Origin: Camelus dromedarius
Taxonomy: Eukaryota
Length of the DNA stretch: 64,000 bases
Direction of reading: 5' to 3'
NCBI RefSeq assembly: GCF_036321535.1
Contig: NC_087444.1
Span: forward strand, 65,224,001 to 65,288,000
Every line of letters begins with the position of its first letter. Position 1 is the first letter of the stretch. Below the pieces are notes generated by a model. The model did not search any database, had not been told where the DNA came from, and saw only the letters and a list, made by a program, of their open reading frames with translations. Below, piece after piece: positions 12,931-25,591 of the stretch. The position numbers and the translations under genes were made by a program.

Positions 12931-13503
12931 GGAACTACCTATTCCCATTTCAGGGCAGCAGATATGGAGGACCTGGCCCTCACCCACCGGACACTCCCTC
13001 TCAACTCCCAGCAATCTTACCTTAGCTCCTAATCCCAATCTCCTCCAGACTGGGAACCCTCCAATCTGCCACAACCAAGAGTCACCCCCTTGAGGAGCCT
13101 CAGATGGATGTGCTTGTTTCCAGCACAAAAGCAGCCCCACCTAACCACCCTCACTTGGGGATTTCTAGGACCTGAACTCACTGCTTTGCCACCTGTTGTT
13201 ACAAGTTCCTTGGCTGAGGTTGTGGCCAGAGCTCAGCCCCGCTTCCCCTTCTCATCATGAGGTGTGGGGGTGGAAGGAAACCAGCTCACAGCTAGGCTCA
13301 AGCTAACAAAAAAGATCTAAATCCTCAATACAGAATTTTATTAGTGGAGGGGCAGCAAGAGAAGGTCCCTGTGTTGAATCTATTACATCATGGAGACCTG
13401 TAGCCTGGAGAAGATGGCACTGGGGAGTTAGGGAGCTTTGAGGAGGGGTCTTGGCCAGGAACATCTGTGCCTGCCAGAGGTGGAGGGCAAGGGGGTCAGG
13501 GTC

Positions 13504-15497
13504 TTAGAAACGGCCATGCCGATGGTCTGGGGACCGTCGTCGGTTTCTTTCTCTGGGACGGTGGCCGGTATGGGACCTTGGGGGTGACCTGGGGACAGGA
13601 GAGAGGAGGGTTATAGCTGTGGGGAGGGGTGTGCAGACCCCCCAGGTCTGCCTCTTTGCTCTAGAATAAAGCAGGGCAGTTGATGAAGTAACTAGAGTTT
13701 CTGGGGATGGTCTCAGGATAGGTGCATAAGGGCTGATGTCAGGATTGGAGATCCAGGATGGTCTTGGGTTGAGGTTCAGGCTGGTTTTGGGTTTGGGACT
13801 TAGGTACTGGTCTTGGGATGGGGATCAGGGCTAGTCTTAGGGTATAAGAGGCTTGTGACACTGTTATTAGGGCATAGGATCAGATTCATCTCAGGGGGTA
13901 TAGGGAACTTGGGGTAAGAGGAAGTCTTAGAAGGCTGGTCCTGCGGTACCTGCGCCTGGGTCCTCGCCCGTAGAGCTGCCGCCTGAGGTTGCGGGAGATG
14001 GGCCGCAAGTGCATGAAGTTGCAGAAACCACCGCGAGTACATTCCCTGGGTAGAGGATGAATAGATGGAGGAGGGCACTATCACTGACAGCCACCCTAAC
14101 ACACACACACAGAAGTCCGGGACTCCAGGTGCCCATCTCACCCCTGTACTACCATACCCCATCTCATACTGTCGACAGCATGACTCCCGGAAGTCAGTCA
14201 CAGGAGACAGCTCGGCATGCACTGCCTGCCCGTTGAACCAGCGGTTATTGAGTTCAGCCACTGCTCGCTCTGCATCCTCCTCCCGCCGAAACTGAAGGGA
14301 AAGTCGGTCAGGGTCAGCAATCAAACTCAGAAATCTTCAGGGGATTAGCTAGCAGCTCAGGGGCTGGACTGGATTTAGTGATGGATCTCAAGCTGCGAGG
14401 CTTCAGTGGTGGCTGTTAGGTATTGAAATGCCTCCACCTCTGGACTCTAATGGGGTAACAGCAGGCACCTTGACATAAACATTGCCCACGAGGTGATCCC
14501 CCAGGTTGTCGCACACATTCATCTCTTCAATCTCCCCGTACTTCTCCTGCAGTTCCGTGAACACTTCCTGCGGAAGACCAGGAGGAACTCAGCTGAGCTC
14601 CTGGCCCACAGGAAACTCAAGCCACCCCTGCAAACCCTCACCTCAAAGAAGTTATCATAGTGTTCTTGCACCTCCACGTCGCTCACGTGACCTGGAGGAG
14701 GGGGCAGGTTGGAATTAGGGAGTGGCCTGCGGGAGGGCTGTCCGCCCTGCCCCCAAGACCTGTCCCTCACTCACAGTGCGATCCGTCTGCGGTTTGGGCG
14801 GTGTTCTGTGGATTCCGGTACAGGTTGAGCAGCACTATGGTCTGAACAGAATTTAAAGGGAGCGGGGCCTGAGCTCAGAGGGCACGGCTACATGCAAAGA
14901 GGTCGGCTATGACGGTTGGGGGTGGAACTTGCACCAGAGAAGAAGCATAAATATCTTGAGTGCCTCAGAAAACCAGAAGAGGGGATATCTGGCAGTGAGG
15001 GACAGCCCAAGGGTGCAGTCTGTACGTACAGGGGCGTGGCCAAGTTCTTGGGAGAAGGGCCTGAAGGTTGGGGGAGGAACCTGCAGAAGTCCAACAAGAA
15101 AAAAGCCGGGCAGTGGGGAGGGCCTTAGAAATCCGGAAAAGGCGGGACCTCGTGATGATGGACAACAGAAGGGGAATGGAGGGGAGGCGTTAACCCCCAA
15201 GGCTCCCTGCCGGGTCTCACCTGGCTGAAAGTCGGTTTGTTGTGAAGCCGGGAGCACCGGTCCCCGTGCCGGCAGGCCCCGATCTTAAAGTAAAAAGAGC
15301 AGTTAACCCTGGAAGAGGTGCAAAGACAGAGGTGAACCGAGGGCCGGGGAGCCGGACACCCCAGAAACACCGCCCCACGCCGCCCAGCCACCAGGAAACC
15401 AAGTGCCCTGTCCCCAGCACCCCCGAGGGACCACTCCCTGCGCCCGTTCTCACTTGTCCTTCTCTGTCCCGAATATCGAAGCTAAATATTCAGCCAT
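13504..15497 (-). CDS. U2AF1L4: U2 snRNP auxiliary factor 1-like 4 (U2AF26, 220 aa)
   Basis: Exons 15497-15454, 15308-15221, 14841-14775, 14691-14642, 14567-14469, 14291-14158, 14045-13950, 13588-13504 (44/88/67/50/99/134/96/85 = 663 nt). [33 protein letters not shown], two CCCH fingers and a UHM. Minus-strand AATAAA at 13342-13337. Confidence 0.97.
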
Positions 15498-15793
15498 TTT
15501 TACCCGAACCCTCCAACTCTGTCTGCTATTTACGTCACTTTCCGTTGCTTAAGAGCATTGGGAAACGTAGTTCGTTGCTGCCTCCGGACACTCAGAAACT
15601 CCCTAGTGCGCTTGCGTGTTGGAGGCCTGCGCCCTCCTGGACTCACCCACTGGAGTTGCCTGAAGACGCATGCGTGCAGGGTTGCCTCACCAAAAAAGAC
15701 TACAAACTCCAGAGACACTTGCGGCATCTCGCGCAAAAGTCCGTAGTTGAAACTGGCAAAGGGGTTCAAACCGGAGGAAGTAAGACTCCACCG
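15498..15793. promoter_or_regulatory. Bidirectional CpG promoter shared by U2AF1L4 and PSENEN, with the non-coding PSENEN exon 1 (donor after 15793)
   Basis: Head-to-head genes with CpG-rich spacer. Motifs: TTACGTCA (CRE-like), ACGCATGCGT (NRF1-like), ACTACAAACTCCAGAG (ZNF143/SBS-like, 15699-15714), CCGGAGGAAGT (ETS), and a CCG|GTGAGT donor. Confidence 0.75.
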
Positions 15794-16023
15794 GTGAGTT
15801 GGGGGTCGTTTCGCGCACCCCAATAAACATAAAGAGCATCTCAACTTAGTCAGCTTGCCTAGTAGGGGCGGGGTTGCCCTTCTTTCAGAAAACCCATCCT
15901 TCACTTTCTCTCCCTTTTGTCATAATAAGGGCGTGGTTGTTTGCGGTCCTTTCATCTATCACTTAGGGTCAGGGCTTGGGTCTTGCCCCGCAGACCCTCG
16001 GAAGACCCGGCCCCAGCGCAACT

Positions 16024-16927
16024 ATGAACTTGGAGCGGGTGTCCAACGAGGAGAAGTTGAACCTCTGCCGGAAGTACTACCTGGGTAAGGGCCGGTATCC
16101 CAGGGTCCCTAGAGAAGAGAGGGGACTGGAGTAGAGTGCCTGAGGGAAGAGGCCTAGATTCTTGGGTCTAGAGGATGAAGTGGCTGGGGACGCCGACTAC
16201 TGGGTCCCAAGAGAGGAAGGGGCCTGAGTCCTGAGGATGGAGGAGACTGGGCCTTCAATTTCTAGGTACCAAGAGAGGAAGGGAGTTGGGGGGCTGGACT
16301 CCTGATTCTTCCAAAGAAGTGGTTGAGGACTCGGATTCCTGGATCCCAGGAAGGAGCCAGGATTCCTGAGTCCCTGATAGCGAGATCTCCATTTGAATTT
16401 AGGTATGGGAGAGGACCTTCCAAACTGTTCATCTAGGTGGGCACTGGGGAGGACTTTTCATTGCCTTATGTCCCAGTTTGTTTTTCACTCTTTAGGTGGG
16501 TTTGCTTTCCTGCCTTTTCTCTGGCTGGTCAACATTTTCTGGTTCTTCCGAGAGGCCTTCCTTGTCCCGGCATACACAGAACAGAGCCAAATCAAAGGCT
16601 GTGAGTCTAGGGCACAGATTAAGGGAAGCCATCATGTGTGGGGAGGGGGACTGGGGGAGCCTTGGTGGGAGGAGATGATGGAGGTTCCAGAATTTTGGGA
16701 CTCTACGGAAGAGAAGAGGGGGTTGGTCTCAGGGAGACCAGAGAGCAGATAGAGGCCAACCTTCCCCCTTCCTGTTCCCTCTGACAGATGTCTGGCGCTC
16801 AGCTGTGGGCTTCCTCTTCTGGGTAATTGTACTCACCACCTGGATCACTATCTTCCAGATCTACCGGCCACGTTGGGGCGCCCTTGGGGACTACCTCTCC
16901 TTCACCATACCCCTGGGTACCCCCTGA
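16024..16927 (+). CDS. PSENEN: Gamma-secretase subunit PEN-2 (101 aa)
   Basis: Exons 16024-16084, 16496-16600, 16788-16927 = 306 nt. [30 protein letters not shown]...[18 protein letters not shown] at 17040-17045. Confidence 0.98.
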
Positions 16928-17899
16928 TAACATCTTCTGCGCAGGTCTGAGGACCAGGATGGGCTCCTCTCTACTCCAAGCCCACTCTCAAGCCCCTCTG
17001 ACTTGTTCCTATCTCCTGTGTTCTCTGCTGACATCCCCCAATAAAGGACCCTAATTCTCAGTGTTGACTTACTGCAGTCTTTTGGAGGTTGAAGCATAAA
17101 ATGATTATTAATATTCAGAAACATTTACTGATTGCTTACTTTGTGCCAGGCTTAGTGCTTCGTACTATTTCACTGTACACTACTCATAATCCTCAAAAAT
17201 AGGAACTTTCTTTCCTGGGAACACTAATTTACAGCTTTGGAACCAAGAAAGGAATAATACTTCTATTACTAGGGGCTGCTATCCTGTACTGGTAGTGTGT
17301 GAATTGAAAACATTACTTTCCCACTTGGCCTCACTATTACCATCAAAAATGTAGATCATAATGCTACCCCTTGGAATTTATCTGGGCCAAGGCACATGTG
17401 GTAAATGGAAGTTCCCTATCTTCTAAAGGAGATTGTCTGCAGCAATAAGACATGTATTCAAGAGCTTTATTAGAGAAGGCTTTCCTCACCATCCTATTTA
17501 AAATTTCAATCCCCACCTTGATACTCCCTATGTTCCTTTCAGCTCTATGTTCTTTCTCCTATTACATTTAGTTTAAAATGTTCAACTTGTTTATCTTCCA
17601 TCTTCTAAAATAAAGCTCATTAGGGCAAGGGTTTTTGTTTGTTTTGTCCACCTGGGTGTTCAGGTACCTAGGAGAGTACTTGGAACACTAATATTTGCCA
17701 AGTGAATGAGTCGCATATGAAAAGAGATTAACAGGTAGCTGGCACTTAGCGAGTGCTCAGTAAGAGGCAACCCAGCCTAACTCCAGGCTTGTTTTCCTCT
17801 TGGGGATCAACAGGCACTCCCAAGGTTAAGTAACTCCTGTCATTAGCTAAATTGGTGTTACTCAAAGCTTCTAACACTAAGTTCCAGGAAGCCTCGCGA

Positions 17900-18354
17900 C
17901 GCTCCGATCCCTCGTCTCCCACCGTGCCTCGCGCGGCGCAGGCGCCGTTACTCCGGCTGAGTCTCGGGAGCTAGAACTACACCTCCCAGAAAGCGCTCTG
18001 GGATGTCGTTAGTTTGTTTCCGGAAACGGGGCCCCAGAAAGGTGGGACTTAGAACTGGGAGCCGACAGCGACAGTTGTCAATTGGTCAGGATGCGAGATC
18101 GACGGTTCCCCTGACTAATGGAAACAAGCGGCTGCCGAAGGGGCCCGCCCACAGAAGGGGAACTGGAGGAGGTGGCGGCATCCGCAGCGGTCGCGGCATC
18201 GGCGGCGGTCGCCGCCCTACACAGCTCAGGGTGGAGGACTGGCCACACAAGAAGCTTACATTTGACCTCTCCCCGTCTGCCTCCGGCCTGGACTTGTGAC
18301 TCTAGGCTCTTTTGGGCTCCTCTGACCCAGCTAGCCAGACCCCAGCCCCAAACC
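17900..18354 (+). promoter_or_regulatory. LIN37 CpG-island promoter and 5'UTR
   Basis: CpG-rich. ACTACACCTCCCAGAAAGC (ZNF143/SBS-like, 17976-17994), TTCCGGAA (ETS) and ATTGG (CCAAT box) lie upstream of the LIN37 ATG. Confidence 0.7.
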
Positions 18355-21300
18355 ATGTTCCCGGTGAAGGTGAAAGTGGAGAAATCAGGTGAGGACCCCG
18401 AGGTCGGGGGCCTGTAGGGGAGCACCGGACTGATCAGGGTATGGGAGTCCTGATAGACAGGATTATCGCGATAAGGCGGGCTACGCGACTGCTCCCTGCA
18501 GCCCATCTGACGATCACTATCAGGCATCAAGCGATTCCTGCCACCTGTATACCCTGCCGGTCTATGCTCAGGATAGTTTTGAGATTGAATGGTGGTGGTT
18601 CAGGCAGTGTGGTGCGGTAAGACATGGGGATCCCTAGCCTTGTGAGTCTGAGAAGGACTCTTTTCTTGGCTCTGCCTCCTTGTCGCCATTTCTAGCAGAA
18701 GTTATGGGTCAGACACTGTGCTGAGCACCTGAAGTACCGGGAAGCTTTTAATCCTGGCAGTCACTGTATCCCAATAATGGGTTGGAGTCAAGCTGATGGG
18801 AACACAGGACTGGCATGTTAAGGGCGGTGGGAGAGGCACGGAATCCAGACCAAATAAAAAAAGTAAAATGATGTAGTGTGTTAAATGGTGTAAGTGGTAA
18901 TAAAATGAAACTGGAGAAGGTAAGGAGATCAGGAGTGAGGCAAGATAAGGGAGAGAGCCATGAGGAACTTAAGGGAACAGGGGACCTGACAAAGGAAATA
19001 GCTTTGAGGCTGTGAGGTGGAAGCCTTGTATGGCATGTTCAAGGACCAGTAGGTAGGCCAGTGAGGCTGGAGCCGAGCCAGTGAGGTTGAAAGTGTGAGG
19101 AGATGGGGGCAAAAGCGCAGGGGTGGGGGGTGTCAGATCTTGTGAGCCCAGGTTATGACTCTGGCTTTTGCTCCGAGGGAAATGGGGAACAAAGGGAGGG
19201 TTCTGAACCAAGTAGGGAGTTTTACGGGATGTCCCCCAAATGCCAACAAAATTGTGAGTGGAAAAGTGAAGGGGGCCTGACCACAAAATGGTAGTGAGGA
19301 AAGGGTAGGCAGGGTCATGGAGGCCTGTGAACACCTGGCTGAAGAGCTCAGACTCTGTCTCTGGCAGGGGCAAGGGGGCAAGGGGGTGGGCACTGCAGAG
19401 TCATGGAGGGTTCTAAGCAGGGGATAGTCAGGGTTAGGTTTGGTTTTAGGACGATTCCCCTGGCCAACTTGTGGAGGGTGGATCAGAAGGGGAGACTGAG
19501 ACGAGGAGCCCAGGGGGAGGAAGGGAAAAGACCTGGGTGGCCAGGCTAGGAAGTGGGTATGTGGGAGACACTCAGGCATGCCATGGGGTGAGTGGGGGAG
19601 GGATAGAGGTGACCATGTTGAGGCTCAGGGAGGGACTAAGGGACAGTGGGGCTACCCTTGAGATGTGGCTCCAGGAAAAGGGGTAAATTTAGAGAGACAC
19701 TGAGGCCACTGTGGGCCCAGTAGGTGGAAGGAGACTGGGGGGATGTCCAGGGGAGGTGTCCAGGAGTCCCTGGAATCCCAACATCTGAGGTTCAAGAGAG
19801 AGGCAGGACTAGGGAAAGAGATGTGGACATGAGCCGTACCTTGGCTCTTACCCAAGGCACTTTGCTAGAATCTCAGCTGCCCCCAACCCCTCATCCCCAC
19901 CCTGTCTCTCCTCTGAGTAACATCTCCTGGTCTCTTCTGGAAGTCTCAGGGCTGGCAAAGCATGACTTCAGGTGTCCTTCCAGGCCCTGAGCACTGGTCA
20001 GAGCTCCTAGCAGTTGGAAGAGGAGTATGAACACTCCCACAAGTGAGAGGAGAATATTTATAACATCATCACTTCCATAAGTTCTGTGATGAAAAGAGGC
20101 AAACACACAGGCAAACAGGGCTAGGCAGGGCCTGTGACGTGCAGGAAGAGGGGCCCAGATCTCCATTTCTTGGTCGGGGGGGATGCCCAAAATGGGTATT
20201 TTCGATGAAATCTCTCAATTATTATATGTAGTCATCTCATTCAGATTTAACTCAGATTTAAAATAACACCACTACCTCAGCCAAACAAAGCACTTCTGGG
20301 GGCTGGATTCTGCACCCAGTTTGAGCCCCTACCTTATAACTTCAGTTGTGGAGCCAGATGACCTGGGTGCAGGTCAGGGCAAGTAGCCTAACATATCTGT
20401 GCCTCAGTTTCATAATCTGTAAAATGGGGATAAAAATCATATCTTCCTGCCAGGGTTATTGCAAAAACTCAATGGGTTGATATATGTGACATGCTCGGAA
20501 CAGTGCCTGACACATAAGAAGCACTCTGCATGTGTTACTGCATCCTGCTAAGACAGTCATAGACAACATAAGTTTGTTTGAACCTCAAAACAGTTGTGGT
20601 AGGTAGGTATGATTCAGAGACCCATTTTCAAGATGAGGAAACAGGCTGAGTGAGGTAAGGTTACTTACTTTAGGTCACACATGAGCAGGTAGGTCAGCCA
20701 TGGAACCCAGAGCTCCTGCTCATCACTTCAGTAGTCTCTGCCCACTGGACCCTCCCAGCACACCTGGGCCTGGCCGAAGGATGGGATATGCATGTCCTTC
20801 CCTGGCCCTGTTGGCTGCCCACCTGCCTTTGGCCTGGGAAGTGACTCCTGCTCGGTACCCTCTTCCCTAGAGCTGGAGATGGCCAAGGCCCGGAACCAAC
20901 TGGATGCTGTTCTGCAGTGTTTGCTGGAGAAGAGTCACATGGACAGGTTGGGATCTGGCCCAGCAGGGGGTCATGGGGGATGGGGAGCCCTGTCAGGTTG
21001 GATCCTCTGGCCCTGGGTGGGACCCCAGACACTGGCTTAGGGAGGAAGGGGCCCAATGTGAGGCTACTGGGTGCCTTCTCACTCTTGGGCCCTTGGAACC
21101 TTGAGCCCACAGTTCTTTTCTGCTACCAGGGAACGTCTGGATGAGGAACCTGGGAGGACCCCCTCAGACACCCACAACAAGTAAGTTTTGTTGATGGGAT
21201 CTGTATCCGAGGGTTTATGGTGGCTAACTTCTTTCCTCATCAGATCCCTGACCACTGTGACCCATACTTTCTCCACCATAGTCCTAACCACTCTACCTGT

Positions 21301-22939
21301 ACAAAGGCCCTGGGGCAGCAAAAGCTTAGGTGCCTTCATGATGGCATCCTGAGCCCCAGGGGGTGGGACACAAGACCTAAGGAGTCAAGGGGTCCTTGTG
21401 AGCTTGATCACAGCACCTCCAGGGTTCCTTTTGGGGGGTTTTGAGCAGGCATTGGTTGTTCAAGGGTGAGCCTGCTGACGCCTGGTCTCTCCCCACAGGG
21501 ATTGCTCCATCGCGGCCACTGGCAAACGGTAAGGTGGCAGGGGCCCCAGCCAACTGAAGAGAGATCCCAAGTTTCCGCCCCAGTCCTGATGTTCTCCCTC
21601 CCCGCACAGGCCATCTGCCCGATTCCCCCACCAGCGGAGGAAGAAGAGGAGAGAGATGGATGACGGGCTTGCCGAGGGAGGGCCACAACGATCCAGTGAG
21701 TAGGCAGTGGCCCTAGAGGGCGGGCAACTGTATAGGGCTATGTGAGGATGTTCACATCCCTCCCACTCTCACCACCCTAGACACATACGTGATCAAGCTG
21801 TTTGACCGGAGCGTGGACTTGGCTCAGTTCAGTGAGAACACACCACTGTACCCGATCTGCCGAGCCTGGATGCGCAACAGCCCCACAGTGCGCGAACGGG
21901 AATGCTCACCCAGCTCACCGCTGCCCCCACTGCCTGAGGATGAGGAGGTGGGATTGGGGGGACAGTGGGTAGACAGTCACAAGGTACCCTCCCCTCAAGC
22001 TAATGGGATAGACAGGGACAGGGCTCTGAGTCCCTCAAGCGACTCCTGGATCCAGTGAGGCACACGTTTAGGAACCCTTAGGCCAAGAGAATGGTTGGAG
22101 CGCCCTAAAGCAGACAGACATGGCTATCTGGTCTGGAAGGGAGAGGGGACATGGTTCCCCCGGCAGATAGAGGTGACCTCCAAAATCAGGGTCCCCAAGA
22201 GCTGGGGGAGTGGGGAAGGTACAGGTGTAGTCACCTGGCATAGGGGAGCAGGTGGGGACCCCTTGGGCTGGGAAGGGTAGGTGGAGGTCTCTATGCTGAG
22301 CAGGGGTAACCGGGGGTCCCTGGGTTGCGACAGGAGAAAACAGAGATCCTTGGAGCAGACAGACATGACTCCTCACCATAGGTCCCTGGTGTAGGTCCCA
22401 TAGGTCTCTTTTGTCACAGGTACCCCTGGCCCTCCTCTCTGATTCTCTGGTTGGGGCCCTTGTATCCCCAGGGTTCAGAGGTCACCAATAACAAGAGTCG
22501 TGATGTGTACAAGCTGCCTCCACCCACAGCCCCTGGGCCACCTGGAGATGCCTATAGATCCCGAATTCCATCCCCACTGCAGCCTGAGACCCAGGGTACC
22601 CCCGATGACGAGGTGGGTTTGCAAGGCTGGGCTGGGGTGATGAGCATATGTTGTGGGGCTTGGGCATGGCCACTCAGCCTGACCTCTCTATCTCTGCAGC
22701 CCTCTGAGCCTGAGCCCTCACCCTCCACACTCATCTACCGAAACATGCAGCGCTGGAAACGCATCCGGCAGAGGTGAGCATCCACCATCCTGCTTGTTCC
22801 CCATGGCCTCTGCTCCAACTACTGAGTCTTCCCTCTGCCTTCCCACCCCCACTGCAGGTGGAAGGAGGCATCTCATCGGAACCAGCTTCGTTACTCAGAA
22901 AGCATGAAGATCCTACGGGAAATGTACGAGCGACAGTGA
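18355..22939 (+). CDS. LIN37: Lin-37 DREAM/MuvB core complex component (246 aa)
   Basis: Exons 18355-18388, 20871-20946, 21130-21180, 21499-21528, 21610-21695, 21781-21947, 22472-22612, 22700-22773, 22858-22939 = 741 nt. [56 protein letters not shown] at 22960-22965. Confidence 0.97.
20340..20700. mobile_element. Two MIR fragments in opposite orientation (LIN37 intron 1)
   Basis: GCCTCAGTTTCATAATCTGTAAAATGGGGATAA on the plus strand; CCCATTTTCAAGATGAGGAAACAGGCT as the minus-strand copy. Confidence 0.7.
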
Positions 22940-23979
22940 TGTTCCCCTGTCCCCCGCCAAATAAACATTCCGCTCCTCCACACTTGCTCCAGCCCATCCT
23001 TCCTGGCCTAGACATAAAGCCATTGGCACAGCTCTAGTACATTTATTAGGAGAGTGGGCCTAGGTGAGGGGATGGGGCAGTTAGGAATGAGGAGGGAGAA
23101 AGATTGCAGGGAATCAAAGAAAGTGGCTGCTTGATTGAGAAGAAGGGGAGTGGTGTGGAAGGTGGATTGCCTGGGAGATGTGGTTGGAGACTTGGGGGTC
23201 AAGAGAAAGTGACTGGAGAGGTTCTGGTTAGAGCTGGGGATGGGGGCCTGGGATATCCGTGCAGTCTGGGAGATGGGGTGGGTATCTGTACAGTTTGAGG
23301 TTGAGGGTGCTGGTTGGTCTAGGTCTACAAGGGTGAGGGTCAGAAAAGGGGTTCAGGAGTCTGGGGATGTCTGGCTGGGGTTTTAAGTCAGAAGATAGGG
23401 TTGGGGGAAGTGAAGTGTGGGGTTGGAATGAGGGGAAGGATGCCGAGTCTTCGGGACCAGGCCAGGGTGGTACAGGATAGGAGGTCTGTGCAGAGTCTGG
23501 GACATTTGAGGGAAAGGTTGGGTGCAAGGGCGGGTGGGTTATACTTAACTGGCCTAGGCCTAGGGTAGGGGGCAGGGCTGTCTACACTATGTGCTGGTGC
23601 AGGAGGGAAGACTGAAACGGGATGTGGAGATCTTTTTGCAGAGGAGTCAGAAGGAAAAAGGGAGTTTGGAGTGGGGTTATATGCCAAGTGAGATCCGTGG
23701 GGATGAGACACTGTAGGCTGAGGGATTGTGCTTGTAGGGTCTGGAAGTTAGAGGGGTGAGGGGGGTCTGAAAGCTGGAGAGGGTGTGAGAGCGAGAGTTT
23801 CAGTGGAAAGGTCTAGGTTTTCAGGGCTGAGTCTAGGTTGGAAGGGTCAAGGCGGATCCCAGATTGGGTTGGCGGGTAGTCTTGGCGCGCTCTCCGGGAC
23901 ATCTGGCTGGGTGGAGTCAGGTCGGCTTTAAAACTCGGGGCCTGAGGGGGCTCCCGGGATTCAGGCAAGGCCTGGACCT

Positions 23980-25585
23980 CTACTTGGCAGCAGCCGGCGG
24001 CGACGGAAGTGGGGCCTGGGCCGGCGCAGGTGCGGCCTGGATGGACAGGACGCCCTCAGGGGACAGCGCGGACGTCACGGCAGCAGGGTCCACGCCAGGC
24101 GGCAAGCGGTAGCGGCGGTGGAACTCGCGCGCGACGTATCCGTGCTCATCCTGGAGGGAAAGAGGCTTGAGCGGCTCTGTCAGTTCCCAGTAGATGCCCC
24201 GCCCCTCCGGCCTGCGGGTCCCGCCTACGTGTTCTGGTCCCGCCCCTCCAGCGGGCTCACCGGGCGCTCCTCGTGGCGCGCATGCACCTCCACGTGGTCA
24301 CCAACCACCTTGACGGCGATTTCCTCTGGCGAGAAGTGCTTCACATCGAGCAGCACCGAGAAATGCCCTGGGTCGGTCGGCACCTGCGCACGGCCCGATT
24401 GTCATCGGAAGGGACGAGTCTCTAGGGACCCAGCAAGACCCTTCCCCCGTCGGTTCCCCGTCCATTCTGGTGCTGCAGCTGATCCTGGCCTCCGTAACTG
24501 GATGTCCCCTTTCCTACTCGCAGCCACCGAGAATCTCTTCACCCAGAATAAATGGGATCATCCATCCCCTTGTAATCACTGGGATTCCCCTCTCACCCAG
24601 AGTGATGAGGCCCCCTTCCCCTGCAAGGTCAGGGACCTCCACCCTCACAGGGTAAGGCCTGCCCTCTCCAGCAGTGTCAACAGCCCCGTAGTCAGCCCGT
24701 CCTTCTGGACACTGACTCCTCAGCTCCCTTCCCCTCAGACCCCCTGGGGCCCTTACTGCTCCACCCCTGCCAGAAATCACCAAGATGCCTCCTCCCCCAG
24801 TCTCCGGAGTCCCCTTTCTACCCTCCCACTCGAGTCACGGGATTGCTTGAGCCCTCAGCATTTACTAGTACAACTCCCCCACTTCCGACTGGCCAGACCC
24901 TCCTTTCTCAAGTCGCAGGACCCTCCCTCCTCTCTACCTCTCCAAAAGACAGTCTCCAAACTCTCCCTCAAGAATAACAAAACATTCCGAACCCTCGGGA
25001 GTCACCGGGAGCCCTCCGCCTTTCAGAATGACTGGGCTCCCCTTTCCCCCAAATTCCCTGGGTCATCAGCCTCCCGCGGAGTTACCAAGACTCCCCTCAG
25101 AGTAACCGCCCCCACCTTATTAGTGACCCAGCCCTTCCACTCCTCTCGGAGCTGAGACCCTCCTCAGATCCACGGGGACCTCCCACCGCTTTCAGTAATC
25201 AGGTCTTCGAGAATCCATACGCAGGGAACTCCGGAAGCCCCTCTGAGTGGCCGGATTCTCCACCCCGTTCAAAGTCAAGGGACATTCCTTTACCCACCCC
25301 CGCCCACCCCCCCCGCCCCTCTCAGGAAGACCAGGGACCCCAGCCTCGGAAGTGGTCGGGTTACCGCTCCTCCCCCAGGCCTGGCACCTGGGCGGTAGGC
25401 AGCGCCACGCTGGGTGCGCGCAGGTAGTAGGGGGCCAGCGCGGCCGGGCAGAGCGCAGCCAGCTCCGCCTCCAGCAGCCCCTCTCCAAAGCGCTGGTCGA
25501 ACAGGCGCCCGGGAGCCGAAACCCCGGGCAACGGGGCCGAGACGCGGCGCAACCAAGAAGGCTGCACAGGCACCGGGATCTCCAT
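23980..25585 (-). CDS. HSPB6: Small heat shock protein beta-6 (HSP20, 163 aa)
   Basis: Exons 25585-25388, 24383-24261, 24150-23980 = 492 nt. [20 protein letters not shown], alpha-crystallin domain [15 protein letters not shown]...EFHRRYRLP. Minus-strand AATAAA at 23047-23042. Confidence 0.97.
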
Positions 25586-25591
25586 CCTGCT

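Noticed and set aside
24118-25155. 345-aa plus-strand ORF
   Set aside because: GTG start, antisense to HSPB6 exons 2-3 and intron 1, no recognisable domain; a shadow ORF of GC-rich sequence.
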